Assembly: GCA_963816355.1 (NCBI GenBank) | Contig: CAWFKH010000003.1 | Span: 160,001-224,000, forward strand | Direction of reading: 5' to 3' | DNA length: 64,000 nucleotides | Source: an uncultured Gemmatimonadales bacterium | GTDB lineage: Bacteria > Gemmatimonadota > Gemmatimonadetes > Longimicrobiales > RSA9 | Part shown: positions 59,243 through 64,000 of the stretch, in pieces | How positions within the stretch are numbered: position 1 is the stretch's first letter | How the letters are laid out: every line of letters begins with the position of its first letter | Notes under the pieces: model-generated | What the model was told of the DNA's origin: nothing | Seen by the model: only the letters and a program-made list of their open reading frames with translations | Database searches by the model: none | Program-made: the position numbers and the translations under genes

Positions 59243-60479
59243 GTGCGATTCGAGGACCTCATCGAGGCTCCGGCGCTCCTGCGCGCCATAGCGGAGCTGG
59301 GCTGGAAGGAACCGACGCCGATCCAGGCGAAGGCGATCCCCTCTCTCAAAGCAAGGCAAGGACCTGGTCGGCGTGGCGCAGACCGGGACCGGCAAGACCG
59401 GCGCGTTCCTGCTGCCCTCGCTGGAGCGGCAGATGGACCGGGACGGCCTGTGCACGCTCGTGCTGTGTCCGACGCGTGAGCTGGCGCAGCAGGTGGTCGA
59501 GGACGCGCGGGCGCTGTCGAAGCACACGGGGCTGTTCGTGGGCGCCGTCTACGGCGGCGTGCCGATCGGGCCGCAGATCCGGGATCTGCGCGCGGGTTTC
59601 GACCTGCTGGTCGCGACGCCCGGCCGTCTGATCGACCACCTCGAGCGCGGCACGGCGGATCTGTCGGAGGTCGAGGTGCTCGTGCTGGACGAGGCGGACC
59701 GCATGCTCGACATGGGCTTCCGGCCGCAGATCGAGCGGGTGATGGCGGCGTTGCCGCGCGAACGCCAGACGCTGCTCTTCTCGGCGACGATGCCGAACGG
59801 CGTGCACGCGCTCGCGCTCCGCATCCTGCGCGAGCCGGAGTGGGTCTCGGCGACGCCGGAGACGACGGCCGCCGAGACGGTCGGACAGGTCGTCTACTCC
59901 GTGCGGCCGGACCGCAAGCCGGACCTGCTGCTGCACCTGCTGGAGAACCCGGCGATGGACCAGGTCCTCGTCTTCACGCGCACCAAGGCGGGCGCGGACC
60001 TGCTCTACTATCGGCTGAAGGCGGCCGGCGTGGGCGTGACGGTCACCCACGGCGACCGCAACATGAAGCAGCGCACCGGCGCGCTCGAGGCGTTCGCCGA
60101 CGGACAGGAGCGCGTCCTCGTCGCCACGGACGTCGCGCAGCGCGGCCTCGACATCGAAGGGATCAGCCACGTCGTCAACTACGACGTGCCGCGCGATCCG
60201 GAGGACTACGTGCACCGCATCGGGCGCACGGGGCGGGCGGGCGCGAGCGGCGACGCGGTCACTTTCATGACCGCGCCCGAGTTCGCCCAGGTGCGCTCGA
60301 TCGAGCGCACCGTCGGCTACGAGATCGAGAGGATCTCGCTCCCGGAGTTCGACTACGGCGGCGGCACGTCCACGCCCGCACCGGCGCCGAAGCGCGGCCG
60401 CACGGGGCGCGGCCTCGGTACGCGCCGCGCCGAGGATCTCACGCCGGAACAGCTCGAGGAGCTGCTCAAGGTCGGCTGA
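59243..60479 (+). CDS. DEAD-box RNA helicase (RhlE-like), with a +1 frameshift at about 59354
   Basis: Q motif F...GWKEPTPIQAKAIP, then GCA a GGC AAG GAC CTG into AQTGTGKT, PTRELA, TPGR, DEAD, SAT, QRGLD, HRIGRTGR. Confidence 0.92.
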
Positions 60480-60920
60480 GCGGCCGGCGCACGGCGGGGT
60501 CGAGGTCGGGCGAAGGGGAGGAAAGGAGGGCGGCCGGGTCGCTGGTGGAGAACGCGGCCGCGGCCACCCGCGAGCGCGACGGGTTTTGGTGTCGGGTTAG
60601 GGGACCCGTTTGGAGGGAGCCCGCCGACGCTCGCCGCAGCAGCAATGCACGTCGCGGGCCACGGCGGGCGCACGAGCTCCGTCACCGGCCACCGTCGCCG
60701 GCAGGGCCAACCTCAGCAGCCTCCAGCGCATCCTCAGCAGCCCCCCACGCATCCACCACCTCCGTCTCTCGCCGGATCGCCGGATCGCCGGCCGCGACGG
60801 ATCAGGGACGCGGCAGGGAGTCCGACAGAGTGGAGTCGCGGCCGGACACGACGGCGGGACGCGCGGACCTCGCGATGCGGCCGGATGCGCGCGCTCGGGA
60901 CGCCGCCTGCGACGCCGCGG

Positions 60921-61280
60921 TCACCGCCTGCGACGCTGCGGTGCCGCCGTCGTGGCCGGCTGCGTCGCCGCGGCCCGCCCCTGCGCCCTCGCCGCTTCGC
61001 GCTCCATCTCCACGCGGCCCTCTCGCAGAGTGGTGAAATAGAGCACGATCGTCAGACAGACGACGCCCAGCAGGATCGCAATGTAGCCGAAGCCGGCGTG
61101 GCTCCCCCAGAACAGCGCCTCGACCGAGGCGCCGATGACGAACCCGGCCGCCGCGCCGAAGCGGACCACCGACGGCTCCGCCTTCAGCCCGACGAGGACG
61201 AAGCCGGCGACCAGCGCCAGCGCCGCGCCTCCCGCGAGCGCCACCCACAACCGTTCGCTTTTCCACCAACCATCCGCCAT
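60921..61280 (-). CDS. Small 3-TM membrane protein
   Basis: GAGGA RBS; MADGWWKSERLWVALAGG...; three hydrophobic segments. Confidence 0.65.
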   Translation of the reverse strand: MADGWWKSERLWVALAGGAALALVAGFVLVGLKAEPSVVRFGAAAGFVIGASVEALFWGSHAGFGYIAILLGVVCLTIVLYFTTLREGRVEMEREAARAQGRAAATQPATTAAPQRRRR

Positions 61281-61376
61281 GAATGGTTCCTCTCGCCTGG
61301 GCACCGACGCGGGCCGTGGAGGGCCGACGGTCGAACGAGATCCCCATCGGTTCGGGGAAGAACGCGCGCGTATGGG

Positions 61377-61444
61377 GCGATCTCCGTGCCACGCCGCGCG
61401 GGCGCGGCGGGAATTTCCGTAACGCTCTGGCTATCAATCGCTTA
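61377..61444 (-). promoter_or_regulatory. Sigma54 promoter with an upstream IHF site
   Basis: Minus strand TGGCACG-GAGA-TCGC (61377-61391); TATCAATCGCTTA (61432-61444) matches WATCAANNNNTTR. Confidence 0.65.
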
Positions 61445-61597
61445 CGACGCCCATTCCAGTCGCCTCCCGGGCGCGCGCGTAACGATTCGATGCGCGCGCG
61501 CCGGACGGAACGGGACAGTCGGCGGTTGCCGGCCCGGGCGCGCGCCGGCTATCCTTCGCCCGATCCACGGACCGAGTCGAACCCGCCGCCAAGCCTC

Positions 61598-64000
<2,403 letters not shown>

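Noticed and set aside
60700..60950. Short 21-bp imperfect duplications in the helicase/membrane-gene interval
   Set aside because: Only two degenerate copies each in low-complexity DNA, with no supportable function.

Overview
Very GC-rich (about 74% by eye) bacterial chromosomal segment. Gene content and style suggest a Gemmatimonadota-like diderm, which is an inference. About 55 CDSs can be supported; no rRNA, tRNA, IS element or CRISPR array was seen. The main feature is a tightly coupled minus-strand operon (<1..7383) encoding, in transcription order, two multiheme c-type lipoproteins, a predicted outer-membrane beta-barrel, a 16-heme periplasmic cytochrome, a membrane-anchored 9-heme cytochrome, a Rieske protein and cytochrome b. 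It carries 42 CXXCH plus 2 CX4CH motifs and is a candidate cell-surface-to-quinol electron conduit. Also present: two ECF sigma/anti-sigma modules (one with a CxxC-PDZ protein), an aminotransferase plus atypical transketolase, addAB-like genes, glnA (GSIII), serA, dodecin, an Mbh-order Mrp antiporter operon without MrpA, a VPS10/BNR protein, two FG-GAP lipoproteins, sucA, a DEAD-box helicase and mutS. Non-coding signals include five sigma54-type promoters (one with an IHF site), a 5x44-bp G-tract/GCGAAGC tandem array, a structured helicase leader and recurring local C-to-G strand-skew switches. Three frameshifts within 5 kb (sucA, anti-sigma, helicase) probably reflect assembly errors.
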